64,000 bases of DNA, taken from contig JAEOTR010000060.1 of assembly GCA_016839705.1 (NCBI GenBank), positions 64,001 through 128,000 on the forward strand, written 5' to 3'. The number at the start of each line of letters is the position of its first letter. Positions within the stretch are counted from its first letter, which is position 1. A program made the position numbers and the translations under genes. Positions 29,990 to 39,743 of the stretch are shown piece by piece. The notes under the pieces were generated by a model. It was not told the DNA's origin. It saw only the letters and a list, made by a program, of their open reading frames with translations, and did not search any database. Source of the stretch: Promethearchaeota archaeon. GTDB lineage: Archaea > Asgardarchaeota > Lokiarchaeia > Sigyniarchaeales > SOKP01.

Positions 29990-30514
29990 CTATTGAAGAT
30001 AGTTAATCGCCTGTTTAGCTATCAACTTGAATGCCAACTCTACGTTATCACCTGATTTTGCTGAAGTAAAAATAATTGTCCTAGTATTAATTCGCTCCCC
30101 TAATGAATCGATGTATTGTTTTTCTATTTCATATAACAAATCACTTTTATTCGCAATCAAAATGATTGGTATTAGAGAACAATATTGATCTAAATCGGGT
30201 ACCCAAAATTTTTCAATCTGATCAAATGTGTTACTTCTTGTCAAGTCCCCTACAATTATTACTCCTTTAGCACCTGAATAATATGGACGTCTCATACTTA
30301 TCCATCTTTCTTGTCCGGCAATATCCCAAAGTTGAAGAGTTGTTTCTGTTTCATTTTCTAAAACGATCTTTTTTGTAAAGATATTTGTTCCGATACTGGA
30401 ACGGTAATCTGTAGTAAATCGTCCCGATACAAATTTCTTGACTAGACTGGTCTTGCCAACTGCCGGTTCTCCGATTACAATAATTTTAAGAGTAATTCTC
30501 TTGGTATTGTCCAT
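29990..30514 (-). CDS. Rab-like small GTPase (Ras superfamily, eukaryotic signature protein)
   Basis: G1 GEPAVGKT, switch I YRSSIG, G3 LWDIAGQE, G4 NKSD, G5 TSAK; no C-terminal Cys motif. Confidence 0.93.
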   Translation of the reverse strand: MDNTKRITLKIIVIGEPAVGKTSLVKKFVSGRFTTDYRSSIGTNIFTKKIVLENETETTLQLWDIAGQERWISMRRPYYSGAKGVIIVGDLTRSNTFDQIEKFWVPDLDQYCSLIPIILIANKSDLLYEIEKQYIDSLGERINTRTIIFTSAKSGDNVELAFKLIAKQAINYLQ

Positions 30515-30615
30515 ATATAATTATTTTTATGAAGAAACTTTTTTAAGTTTATATATAAATATTAAAATAATCAAATCCTAAAATAACGAAAATTAAAAGA
30601 TAGCAATATAACATT

Positions 30616-31707
30616 ATGGTCACCGGTATAGTGTATGATGAAATTTACCTAGAACATAAAACTGGAAACCATCCAGAAAGCCCCTCTAGATTAATTGCTA
30701 TAATGGATTTCTTAAAAGAAACAAAATTGCTAGAAGATCCAAACTTTAAAATCATTAAGCCGAGAAAGGCTACTCTAGACCAAATAAGATATGTCCATAG
30801 AGAAAGATTAATAAAAGAAATCCAAGAAATTTGTGAGTTAAGTGCTAAAACGCGTCGTCTTCAAGAAATAGATTGGGATACTGTAGCATCCCCTAAAACT
30901 TATGAGGCATCCTTATACTCAGTCGGTGGTAATTTACAAGCAATAGATAAGATAATAAATGGTAATATAAAGAATGCATTCGCTTTGGTTAGACCTCCTG
31001 GACACCACTCTAATTCACATCGATTCGCTGGATTTTGTATTTTCAACAACATTGCTATCGCAGCAGAATATCTTTTTAAAGAAAAAGGAATAAAAAGAGC
31101 AGTTATAATTGATTGGGATTGTCATCATGGAAATGGTACACAAGATATTTTTTATCACGGTTCTAAGTCAGAATCAGGTGAATTAGTAATGTTTAATTCA
31201 CATCAATATGGTAATTTTTATCCAGGTACAGGTAACTATGATGAAATTGGCACAGATAAAGGAATAGGCAAGATTATTAATTATCCAATGCCCGCTGGCT
31301 CTACTGATGATGCTATTCCTATTTATTTTGATGAAATAATTGTACCTATATGTGAAGAGTTTAAACCAGAATTTATCCTAATTTCTGCTGGTTTTGATAC
31401 CCATTGGACAGATAGAAATACAGATATGAATTGGACATACCAAGCACCAGCAAATTATTTAAAAAAAATTAAAACAATCGCACAGAAATATGCAAATAAT
31501 AGGATTCTCATAACATTAGAAGGTGGATATGAATTGGATAAACAAGCTCGAGCTGTTTATAACTGTTTAAAAGTACTTAATGATGAGGATGATAGTTTAA
31601 TACAAGAAGAACCAAGAAAATCTAGATCTGAATTGTTAAATTATTTTAAAAAAAGATTAATCCCTGCCTTAAAGGAAAAATTAAAACCTTATTGGGCTTG
31701 CTTCTAA
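30616..31707 (+). CDS. Histone deacetylase-family (class II/APAH-like) Zn-dependent deacetylase
   Basis: HPESP.RL, RPPGHH, GFCIFNN, DWDCHHGNGTQ, SAGFD and LEGGY. Confidence 0.95.
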   Translation: MVTGIVYDEIYLEHKTGNHPESPSRLIAIMDFLKETKLLEDPNFKIIKPRKATLDQIRYVHRERLIKEIQEICELSAKTRRLQEIDWDTVASPKTYEASLYSVGGNLQAIDKIINGNIKNAFALVRPPGHHSNSHRFAGFCIFNNIAIAAEYLFKEKGIKRAVIIDWDCHHGNGTQDIFYHGSKSESGELVMFNSHQYGNFYPGTGNYDEIGTDKGIGKIINYPMPAGSTDDAIPIYFDEIIVPICEEFKPEFILISAGFDTHWTDRNTDMNWTYQAPANYLKKIKTIAQKYANNRILITLEGGYELDKQARAVYNCLKVLNDEDDSLIQEEPRKSRSELLNYFKKRLIPALKEKLKPYWACF

Positions 31708-31822
31708 AGTTCTTCACTAAGAATAATACATATAACAATTATGCATTAATTTATAAACTTGAATACTATATTAAAAATAAATAACCAATTATTATTTCAT
31801 AAAAATACCTAAGGAGATTATT

Positions 31823-32773
31823 TTGTCGTACGAATATGAAAGAGAAGAGGAAGAAGAAAAAAAAAAAAAATCTATTTCGCCACCTCCCTCAATGCCACCC
31901 CCTTCAATAACTCCTGCAATGCCACCTCCCTCAATGCCACCCCCACCATTAAGACCTTCACCGGAACAACCATTAACCCCGCCTCCCTTTGAAACACCTC
32001 CACCCGCTCCGAGTATAAGTTTAACTCCTCCTGTAATTGATACACCTACACAACCTTCATATGATCCTTCACCAGTTCCTACATACACATCTGCGCCATC
32101 AATTTCTACTGGACATTCACAGGTAGAATATAATTCTCTAATAGCTCAACTTGAAGAAAGAGAATCAAGAATTAATCAGTTACAGAGTAACTTAAATGAG
32201 ATTAAAACTCAAAGTTCTTCGTTAAATGCACAACTTCTTGAAAGGGACAACCAAATTAATCATTTGCAAAATCAAATCCAATCTCTTCAAACTTCTGCTG
32301 AGGCTTACCAAAAACAAGTTAATCAACTTACAGATGAGAATGCCCAATTACAAGCACATATCCCAGGCTTACAACAGCAAGTTCAAGACCTACAGCAAAA
32401 TAATTCTATGCTACAACAACAAATTAGCCCATTACAATCGCAAATTTCTAAACTTCAAGAAGAAGTAGCCTATAAGGATAGGAGAATAAATGAACTTAAA
32501 GAACCCAAGGCTGTAATGCCGTCGAGCTTAGCACAAGGGATTACCGCTCAATCATCATCCGGATATGAGCCTAGCTCAACTTATAGCCCTCCTGCAACTC
32601 CTGCTCCAAGTCCGGCTATCCCAATAGGAACTGGAAGAAGGATATGTCCTAACTGTGCTGCGTCAGGATTTGCTGTAAAAGAGGTTGAAGATAGAAGTCG
32701 TATAATAAGCTATATCCCAAAACCAATATACGCAAAGAAATTTGTATGTACTAAGTGTGGATTCGAGTTCTAA
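31823..32773 (+). CDS. Proline-rich / coiled-coil / C-terminal zinc-ribbon protein
   Basis: PPPSMPPP repeats, a Q/L-rich heptad stretch and C-terminal CPNC...CTKC; AAGGAG precedes the TTG start. Confidence 0.8.
   Translation: MSYEYEREEEEEKKKKSISPPPSMPPPSITPAMPPPSMPPPPLRPSPEQPLTPPPFETPPPAPSISLTPPVIDTPTQPSYDPSPVPTYTSAPSISTGHSQVEYNSLIAQLEERESRINQLQSNLNEIKTQSSSLNAQLLERDNQINHLQNQIQSLQTSAEAYQKQVNQLTDENAQLQAHIPGLQQQVQDLQQNNSMLQQQISPLQSQISKLQEEVAYKDRRINELKEPKAVMPSSLAQGITAQSSSGYEPSSTYSPPATPAPSPAIPIGTGRRICPNCAASGFAVKEVEDRSRIISYIPKPIYAKKFVCTKCGFEF
31879..31944 (+). repeat. Exact 24-bp direct repeat (period 42 bp) encoding PPPSMPPP
   Basis: GCCACCTCCCTCAATGCCACCCCC at 31879 and 31921. Confidence 0.9.
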
Positions 32774-33128
32774 ACGATTTTGCAGATATAATCTGCATTT
32801 TATAAAAATGGGGAGAATATTACACATTTGCTAAAAAATTTGGATTTTTCTGCTTGTGATTTCACTAAAAACTCTGAGTTCTGAAATTAGACTTAGAGTT
32901 ATTTAATGTTCAATCTTCGACTTATCTTCTTCTTATCTTCTTACCATTATGACGTATTTCTTTCTCTTTTTAATCCTAACTACAATTTAAAAAGAATGTC
33001 AGATAAATGGTATTAATTTAAGAAAGTTCAGACTAATATGTTATTTATGTAGAAAATTATTTAAATAATAATTTTGATTAATATTCTAAACTTTTTTTCG
33101 ATAATAATTACGTTCAATTTACGTTAAT

Positions 33129-36100
33129 ATGTCAGAATTAAGGGAAGAAATACTCGGTGCCAGTATTAATAAAAAGAGAGTATTGGGAGTGATACTGGTT
33201 GCCGTCCTATTAATTTCTGTATTTGCTTTCTCAATGGTTTTTATCAGTTTATTATTCGGTGGCCAAAGATTGGATCCTAGTGATAGAAAAGTTGATGCTG
33301 ACGAAGAAATCCCCCTTTTAATAGCACCACCTTATCCTTTTGATGAAGATTTCTGGCGAGATTTATTTGATGATTTAACTCCAGAAGAACTACAAGATTT
33401 GATGGATATGCTTTCCGAAATGTTTGATGGAGACATCGATGAGCTAGATTTAGGAAATTTTTCGCAAGAACTCCTAGATCTTCTATATACAAGTGCAGGA
33501 GATGTAGAGGTTTTTCGAGTTTATGATTATTTAGATTTTGCTAATATGGAAGATGTTCTATGGAAATATGAGAGTTTTGATCAATATACTGGAGAAGGAT
33601 GGGAATCAACAGCAGGTTCTGATATTTACAGTTTTTTTACATATGGTGAGTATTATAGTAAATTTCCACCATATCCAGAAATTCTAAAAATAAAGATGCC
33701 ACTATCCCCGAATATTGGGATAAATTCAATGGTACTACCATCCCTTTTTCCTACTCCCAATATAATGGAAAATAGCGTTTCTGCTCCAAATCTGATACCT
33801 GACTCGACAACCTTATATAAAACAGACTATAATTCTTCTACTTTAGATTTATCTTTTTCTTCAGATGAGGATGTTAATATGACCTATAAGTTGTTTGGAT
33901 TTGATCTACCCTCTGCTTCAGAAATCAATAACAGTGCAATAGAGGCAAGATGGACTCCCGTTCCTATTCAGGCTAAATATTTACAATTACCTCCTGATAT
34001 TGATCTTTATAAAAGCAACAACCCCTTCTTCACAAACCATGTGAATATTTTAAACGGAACAATTAACGACACCGATAACGCATTTGAAGTAGCAGTTAAA
34101 ATAAGAAATTATTTACAAACCCAATTTTCTTTTCCCCTGAGTCCTGATGACTATAATCCTGCACCGGAAGGAAGAGATATCATAGATTGGTTTTGTGAGA
34201 CCCAACAGGGATTATGGTCCGATTGGGCTTCCGCTTTTTGTGGTTTTACTCGTGTTTTTGGGATCTCAAGTCGATTTGTAGATGGATTTAATAACCTAAA
34301 TACCACACAATTTTTTGATAATGATGAGGGACAGTGGGGTTTTGCGATAAAATATAAAAATCTTTATAATTGGGCAGAAATTTATGTTCCAACAGATATT
34401 ACAGGGAATGGGAATTGGGTTCAAGTAGATATTTTTGAAGATTATGCTGGAACCCTACCGATATCACAAGGAAATTATTCTATTACAGTTTCCCTAGACA
34501 AGTTAACGGTAAATAGACCAGATGTCATAAATATAACAGCTACTATGTCTTCTGATGGAGGAGATTCAATAGATAATAATAGAATAATATTTACAGATTT
34601 AACAGCTGGACAGGAGATTGGGAGTGTTTATACTGATTCTTTCGGAATGGCTTCACAATTATATAATATCAATAATTCTCATGTTGTGGGTCCTCACCTA
34701 ATTGAAGCTAGATATGATTTCTTTACTAGAGGTGGAAATATTACTACAATATTAGGAAATATAGATGTTAATCTTACAACTGTTAACCCACAAGTAGTTA
34801 ATCGTTCAGATACTTTTCCAGATACCATTAATATTCAAGGCTATTTATATGACCCCATAAATGGAGAAAGAGTCGAATACGCAAGTGTAAATCTCCTTTT
34901 ATTTCAAATTGGGACGAGTTTTGAAGAAGTTGGGGCATTTAGTCCGTCGTCAATTATATCAGATAATAATGGTAATTTCGATGGTAATTTTGACATAAGT
35001 CAATCAGTACCCGCAGGACAATATGAAGTTCGCGCTGATTTCAATGGAACGTGGATCTTTCCTTACCCTCCCCCTCTCTATGTGCCAATCATAAACGATT
35101 CAAGTAACAGAATGGGATTAAATATTACTACAGCCCTAACAACTTGGTTTTATATAAATGGTTATTCAACCACGAATCCCAATTTACCCTCTATTTCTAG
35201 ATATCAAGTATTAAATCTAACAGCACAAGTAATTTTGGAAGGTTTCGGCCCAATGTCTAACGAGGTAGTTTATTTTTATGACTATACTAGAGGAAGTATT
35301 CAGATTGGATCCGATACTTCAGATTTAAATGGATTTGCTTCGATTAACTACACCGTTGGAGTTAATAGCTTAACTGGTCCTAATTTATTGTATTCAATGA
35401 TAGGCTCACACATGAATTATTCCTACTATATTTTAAATGAAGAGCCTACAATTAATGCTATTTCAGGCCCTACACCACAAGTAATTAATCGTACGGGGAT
35501 GGGTGATACAGAGTTCAATATTGTTGGGGACATTACTGATACTACTAATCCTTCCAATCCGCTAAGTTTCTCTGAAATTACTTTAAAACTAATGAAAGGT
35601 AGTACAGATTATTCTTCTTATTTAGTACCCTTTGAGGGTTATCCTTATCAAACTGATATAACAGGTACTTTTGATCTAACTTTTGGTGTTGCTCCCAATA
35701 CCCCACCAGGAAATTATTCACTAAGGTTAGATTTTAATGGAACTATCGATTTATCAAGTTATCCTTATCCTAATTATTTCACCTTATCATATATCAATAC
35801 TTCAACTTATTATAGTATTGAACTTAAAATTGATGCAGAAACATCTTTAGATTTTTGGATAAACGGAATACCTAATGATGATGCATATAATCCAGTAGTA
35901 TACAGAGATGATTCTCTTAATCTTTTAACCAAAGTGCACCATGCAGGAGTTCCGGTGCCCGATGGTGAGTGGGTTTATTTTTATGATGGTACACAAGATA
36001 ATTTTTTCATTGGTTCTGCTCAAACAATTGGAGGATTTGCTCAAGTTTTTTATAACACAAATTGGAACACAACAGCAGGACCTCATTTAATATATGCTAC

Positions 36101-37580
36101 TTGGAATAACAAATTCAATTTCTCTTATTTTATCCTTGATGCCCCAATCTCAGTAAATCTTGATATCTGTCCACAACCAACAGAAATAAACCGAAGCGGA
36201 ACAATTGGAAGGAATTTTTGGATTCATGGGTATTTAAATGATTCTTTTAACGGAAATACTATTAAATTCAGTCAAATAGAAGTTCGTCTTTACGATCCTG
36301 CTGATGTATCGTTTTATTTAAACGAACCAAGGTTTACTCAACTTGGTGAGACTGGAGAGATAAATCTATTCTATACTGTTTCACCCTCAACACCAGCAAA
36401 AAATTATACTCTTCAAGTTCGGTTTGATGGAATTTTTATTTATGCGAATCCATTCTATCCTCAATTTTTTAATCTCAATTTTCTTGGAAATATGACAGAT
36501 AGCGCAAATGGATTCTTTGATTTAAAAGTCATCGATCCAGATGATATAGATATATTTTTCTTCATTGATGGAAATCCAACTTTATCCTTTTATTGGAATG
36601 GAGCTCCACCTGAAAGTTATAATGGTGGAGAAATGATTAATTTTAGTGTTTACATAACTCAAGGGGGTCCCCCAGTTAACTCCGGCACCGTTTCATTTAC
36701 TGATGTGTATACCGGTGATCCATTAGGAACTCAACCTGTAGTTCTCGGATACGCTTCAATTTTGGCTAATTCTACGACTTGGCATGCAGGGCTCCATCGA
36801 ATAAAGGCTCAATGGTCTGGATCAGCCTCATTTAATACAACATATATCGTAATAAATAAGACGGTTAGTATTTTTAGTTCAATTGACACATCTTCTATCT
36901 TGAGAAATGTTGATATCTTTTCTGTTTCAGGTACAGTTCAGGAAGGTGTTGTACTTTTAAGAGGTTTAAGAGTTAACCTTATATTATTAGATGGAACTTT
37001 TAATGATGTTTCTGGATATCTCGTCCCTCCTCCTCCTCGAACACTTACTACAGATAATGCGGGTTATTATCAATTTGTCAGTTCAATTAATTTAAATTGC
37101 CCACAAGGACAGTACTATATCAATATCAGTTTTACAGGGGACATTGATGCTCCTGGTATTTGGATGACAAACTTTATGATCCATAATAGTAGTATTCTTA
37201 TTCCAATAAACATCACCGCAGGTACTAATATAATAGAAAATACTTGGTATACTGATTATGATTTCATATATCCAGAATATTCTGATAGATGGATAATTAA
37301 CGATACACTTCATGTAATTGGAACTTTAACATGGGATAATGGGTCAGTAATGTCAGGTATGTATGTTAATGTAACCGTTAAATTACTTGATGGTACAATT
37401 ATTGCATATAATGATACGGTCCAAACGGACATTTCTGGAGTATTCAATGTATCAATATTTATTGATGGTTTTTCTGGTTGGCCTGATTTTAGAAATGAAT
37501 CTGAAATATGGGTTTATTTTGATCCTGTTGTAAACAGTATTCAATATGTTGAAGGATCTGAAAATGAATTTACATCATAA
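33129..37580 (+). CDS. Large membrane-anchored extracellular protein: transglutaminase-like domain plus Ig-like repeats
   Basis: N-terminal TM; TGase-like IDWFCETQQGLWSDWASAF...GISSRFVDGF...YNWAEIY...WVQVD; repeated beta-sandwich motifs (TD.NG.F, GPHLI.A.Y, PPGNYSL); many NxS/T sequons. Confidence 0.8.
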   Translation: MSELREEILGASINKKRVLGVILVAVLLISVFAFSMVFISLLFGGQRLDPSDRKVDADEEIPLLIAPPYPFDEDFWRDLFDDLTPEELQDLMDMLSEMFDGDIDELDLGNFSQELLDLLYTSAGDVEVFRVYDYLDFANMEDVLWKYESFDQYTGEGWESTAGSDIYSFFTYGEYYSKFPPYPEILKIKMPLSPNIGINSMVLPSLFPTPNIMENSVSAPNLIPDSTTLYKTDYNSSTLDLSFSSDEDVNMTYKLFGFDLPSASEINNSAIEARWTPVPIQAKYLQLPPDIDLYKSNNPFFTNHVNILNGTINDTDNAFEVAVKIRNYLQTQFSFPLSPDDYNPAPEGRDIIDWFCETQQGLWSDWASAFCGFTRVFGISSRFVDGFNNLNTTQFFDNDEGQWGFAIKYKNLYNWAEIYVPTDITGNGNWVQVDIFEDYAGTLPISQGNYSITVSLDKLTVNRPDVINITATMSSDGGDSIDNNRIIFTDLTAGQEIGSVYTDSFGMASQLYNINNSHVVGPHLIEARYDFFTRGGNITTILGNIDVNLTTVNPQVVNRSDTFPDTINIQGYLYDPINGERVEYASVNLLLFQIGTSFEEVGAFSPSSIISDNNGNFDGNFDISQSVPAGQYEVRADFNGTWIFPYPPPLYVPIINDSSNRMGLNITTALTTWFYINGYSTTNPNLPSISRYQVLNLTAQVILEGFGPMSNEVVYFYDYTRGSIQIGSDTSDLNGFASINYTVGVNSLTGPNLLYSMIGSHMNYSYYILNEEPTINAISGPTPQVINRTGMGDTEFNIVGDITDTTNPSNPLSFSEITLKLMKGSTDYSSYLVPFEGYPYQTDITGTFDLTFGVAPNTPPGNYSLRLDFNGTIDLSSYPYPNYFTLSYINTSTYYSIELKIDAETSLDFWINGIPNDDAYNPVVYRDDSLNLLTKVHHAGVPVPDGEWVYFYDGTQDNFFIGSAQTIGGFAQVFYNTNWNTTAGPHLIYATWNNKFNFSYFILDAPISVNLDICPQPTEINRSGTIGRNFWIHGYLNDSFNGNTIKFSQIEVRLYDPADVSFYLNEPRFTQLGETGEINLFYTVSPSTPAKNYTLQVRFDGIFIYANPFYPQFFNLNFLGNMTDSANGFFDLKVIDPDDIDIFFFIDGNPTLSFYWNGAPPESYNGGEMINFSVYITQGGPPVNSGTVSFTDVYTGDPLGTQPVVLGYASILANSTTWHAGLHRIKAQWSGSASFNTTYIVINKTVSIFSSIDTSSILRNVDIFSVSGTVQEGVVLLRGLRVNLILLDGTFNDVSGYLVPPPPRTLTTDNAGYYQFVSSINLNCPQGQYYINISFTGDIDAPGIWMTNFMIHNSSILIPINITAGTNIIENTWYTDYDFIYPEYSDRWIINDTLHVIGTLTWDNGSVMSGMYVNVTVKLLDGTIIAYNDTVQTDISGVFNVSIFIDGFSGWPDFRNESEIWVYFDPVVNSIQYVEGSENEFTS

Positions 37581-37599
37581 AAAAGTGAGGAAGATTAAG

Positions 37600-39186
37600 A
37601 TGATTAGGAGCAGTAACCCAAAAAGAATTTTGGTAGGAATTCTGTTCATATCATTTTTTTCAATCCCATTAATATTAATAGAAACTGATAAAGACTTCTA
37701 TAATAATAATCATAATCAATTGAATGAGGAATCAAACCCAAAAACTTCAATTACATGGGGATGGGTAAATCTTACGAATTATGACGTTGATAATACTCGT
37801 CATTACCATAATGATATAGTCACACTTAAAGGAAGAGTTTTTCATTTACCATCAAACCTCAGCTATGTTGGCTATTCTGTGTCATTAGTAGTTGATGGAG
37901 TAACCCTTCCTTTGTACTCTGATACAACTGATGTATTTGGGAAATTTGAGTTTGATTATACTATTCCTTACTCAAGCAATATATATTCTGATCACATATT
38001 TGAGGCGGTAATTAATAATCCAGGGGGAGATGTAATATATCTAAATTATTTCACTATTAACTCCAAATCCAGATCCAAATTTGAAAATCTGTTATATGAT
38101 ATATCAATCCCTCTACTTACTGAAGAAAATTTTGTAATAAACGGAGATCTAAGATATGAAAATGGATCGAATATCCCAACTTCAGAAATTCATTATTATT
38201 GGATAAATAGTTCTGATATTAATGATATAATTGACAGTGGATCTATTTTTACAGATTCCTTAGGAGTTTTCTCAAATATTCAGACGCCCCTCACAAGCTT
38301 AATCGGTTCTTTAAGCTTACTAACTCTTAAATTAAATTACTCTTTTCTACCATATGTAGAATATTCAGAAATTTACATCTTTAATATAGCAGTGTTCCCT
38401 GATATTCAATGGGTTTTAAATATTGATTATAATACAATGGAAGGAGAACAATATACTTTAACAGGAACATTGATATCCAGCACAGATCCTTCTTTAAGAA
38501 TAAGTAATAGAGAGATAAGTATCCATCTGAATGGGACTTTACAAGCTATAACAACAACTGGTTCCACTGGTACTTTTTCCTCTACTTTTCAAATACTCCT
38601 GCAAAATGGGACAGCATCAATTCAGGTTCAACTAAATAATACTGCAGGTAAAATAATTATTTCCCCAATACAATTTATTACTGTTGAAAGTAGACCACCC
38701 TCAACTCAAAGACCAATTGAGTTACCCCCATTCTTAATTTTTTCATTGATTTTCTTTCCTATTCTTATCGGAGTTGTTGTAGGGTTAGCTGTTTATGGAT
38801 TTTTCTTTTATAAAAAACAGGAAGAAGAATCAAGAGTGGTAGCTATACCTCTGGAATCAAAAATTTTAAATCTTAAAATTCTAAAAGATTCTGGAAGATT
38901 AGAAGAATCTTTATCATATTTATTCAATGCCATTTATATGGATTTAGTAAATGCAAAGTATAATAGAGTTAGAAAAGATAATGAAACAATTCGGGATTTT
39001 GCAATAATCTCAGTTAAAGAGTTAAAATTAACACCCGCTTCTATCTATCCATTTATTCAACAGGTTGAAGAAATAATCTACGGGAAACCCTACAAAATAA
39101 CTGAAGAAGATTTCTATAAAACCTGCGAGTTATTCTCACCAATCTATTTTCAATTAACTAGACACAATTTTGTTTTAAATTTTTAA
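37600..39186 (+). CDS. Membrane protein with Ig-like domains, TM and C-terminal DUF4129-like domain
   Basis: Signal/TM segment, TTDVFGKFEF-type repeats, second TM, and C-terminal NETIRDF...VEEIIYG; ATG 37600 follows GAGGA. Confidence 0.7.
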   Translation: MIRSSNPKRILVGILFISFFSIPLILIETDKDFYNNNHNQLNEESNPKTSITWGWVNLTNYDVDNTRHYHNDIVTLKGRVFHLPSNLSYVGYSVSLVVDGVTLPLYSDTTDVFGKFEFDYTIPYSSNIYSDHIFEAVINNPGGDVIYLNYFTINSKSRSKFENLLYDISIPLLTEENFVINGDLRYENGSNIPTSEIHYYWINSSDINDIIDSGSIFTDSLGVFSNIQTPLTSLIGSLSLLTLKLNYSFLPYVEYSEIYIFNIAVFPDIQWVLNIDYNTMEGEQYTLTGTLISSTDPSLRISNREISIHLNGTLQAITTTGSTGTFSSTFQILLQNGTASIQVQLNNTAGKIIISPIQFITVESRPPSTQRPIELPPFLIFSLIFFPILIGVVVGLAVYGFFFYKKQEEESRVVAIPLESKILNLKILKDSGRLEESLSYLFNAIYMDLVNAKYNRVRKDNETIRDFAIISVKELKLTPASIYPFIQQVEEIIYGKPYKITEEDFYKTCELFSPIYFQLTRHNFVLNF

Positions 39187-39301
39187 TCAAATTCAACGTA
39201 ATAATAATTAGATAAAAAAGAAAAGGAAGTACAAAAAATTATAAATTCAAAATAAATTATTAATTAAATCGTTTGAAAAAATACCGAAATAGGTTTAAAA
39301 A

Positions 39302-39679
39302 ATGGCTAAAAAGAAAAAGAAAACACCAGAACCAGAAATAGATATTAAACAAAAGTTTGAAAATGTTAAAGTGTTAGTTGATACAGAGAGACCGAAAGAA
39401 GCAATAGCTTACATATACCTAGTTTACGACGATCTCATCAATGTGAAGTTTAAAAAACCTAGACAATCACATCAGACTATTCGAGAATATGCAATAAATT
39501 GTGTAAACGAATTAGAGAAGAAATTAAAACCAGAATCGGTTTATCCGTTCATTAAAAAAATAGAAGATATCATCTATGGAGGCATAGAACCTACTACAAA
39601 AGAATTGAATTTTACTATTGATCTATTCTCTAATTTATACAATGAAATCACAGGAAAAACTGTTAGTTTCTCGTTGTAA
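39302..39679 (+). CDS. Stand-alone DUF4129-like helical protein
   Basis: EAIAYIY...HQTIREYA...IEDIIYGG, paralogous to the C-terminus of the upstream ORF. Confidence 0.65.
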   Translation: MAKKKKKTPEPEIDIKQKFENVKVLVDTERPKEAIAYIYLVYDDLINVKFKKPRQSHQTIREYAINCVNELEKKLKPESVYPFIKKIEDIIYGGIEPTTKELNFTIDLFSNLYNEITGKTVSFSL

Positions 39680-39743
39680 TATCAACTTCATGAAGACACG
39701 TTTCAAATCAAATCAAATTAAAATTTAGCACTTAGGAATTAAA

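Noticed and set aside
32781-32900. Hairpins after the Pro-rich gene (TGCAGAT-ATA-ATCTGCA; AACTCTGAG...CTTAGAGTT) as SECIS or ncRNA
   Set aside because: The upstream gene has no in-frame TGA and there is no clear SECIS core; probably ordinary 3'-UTR or terminator structure.
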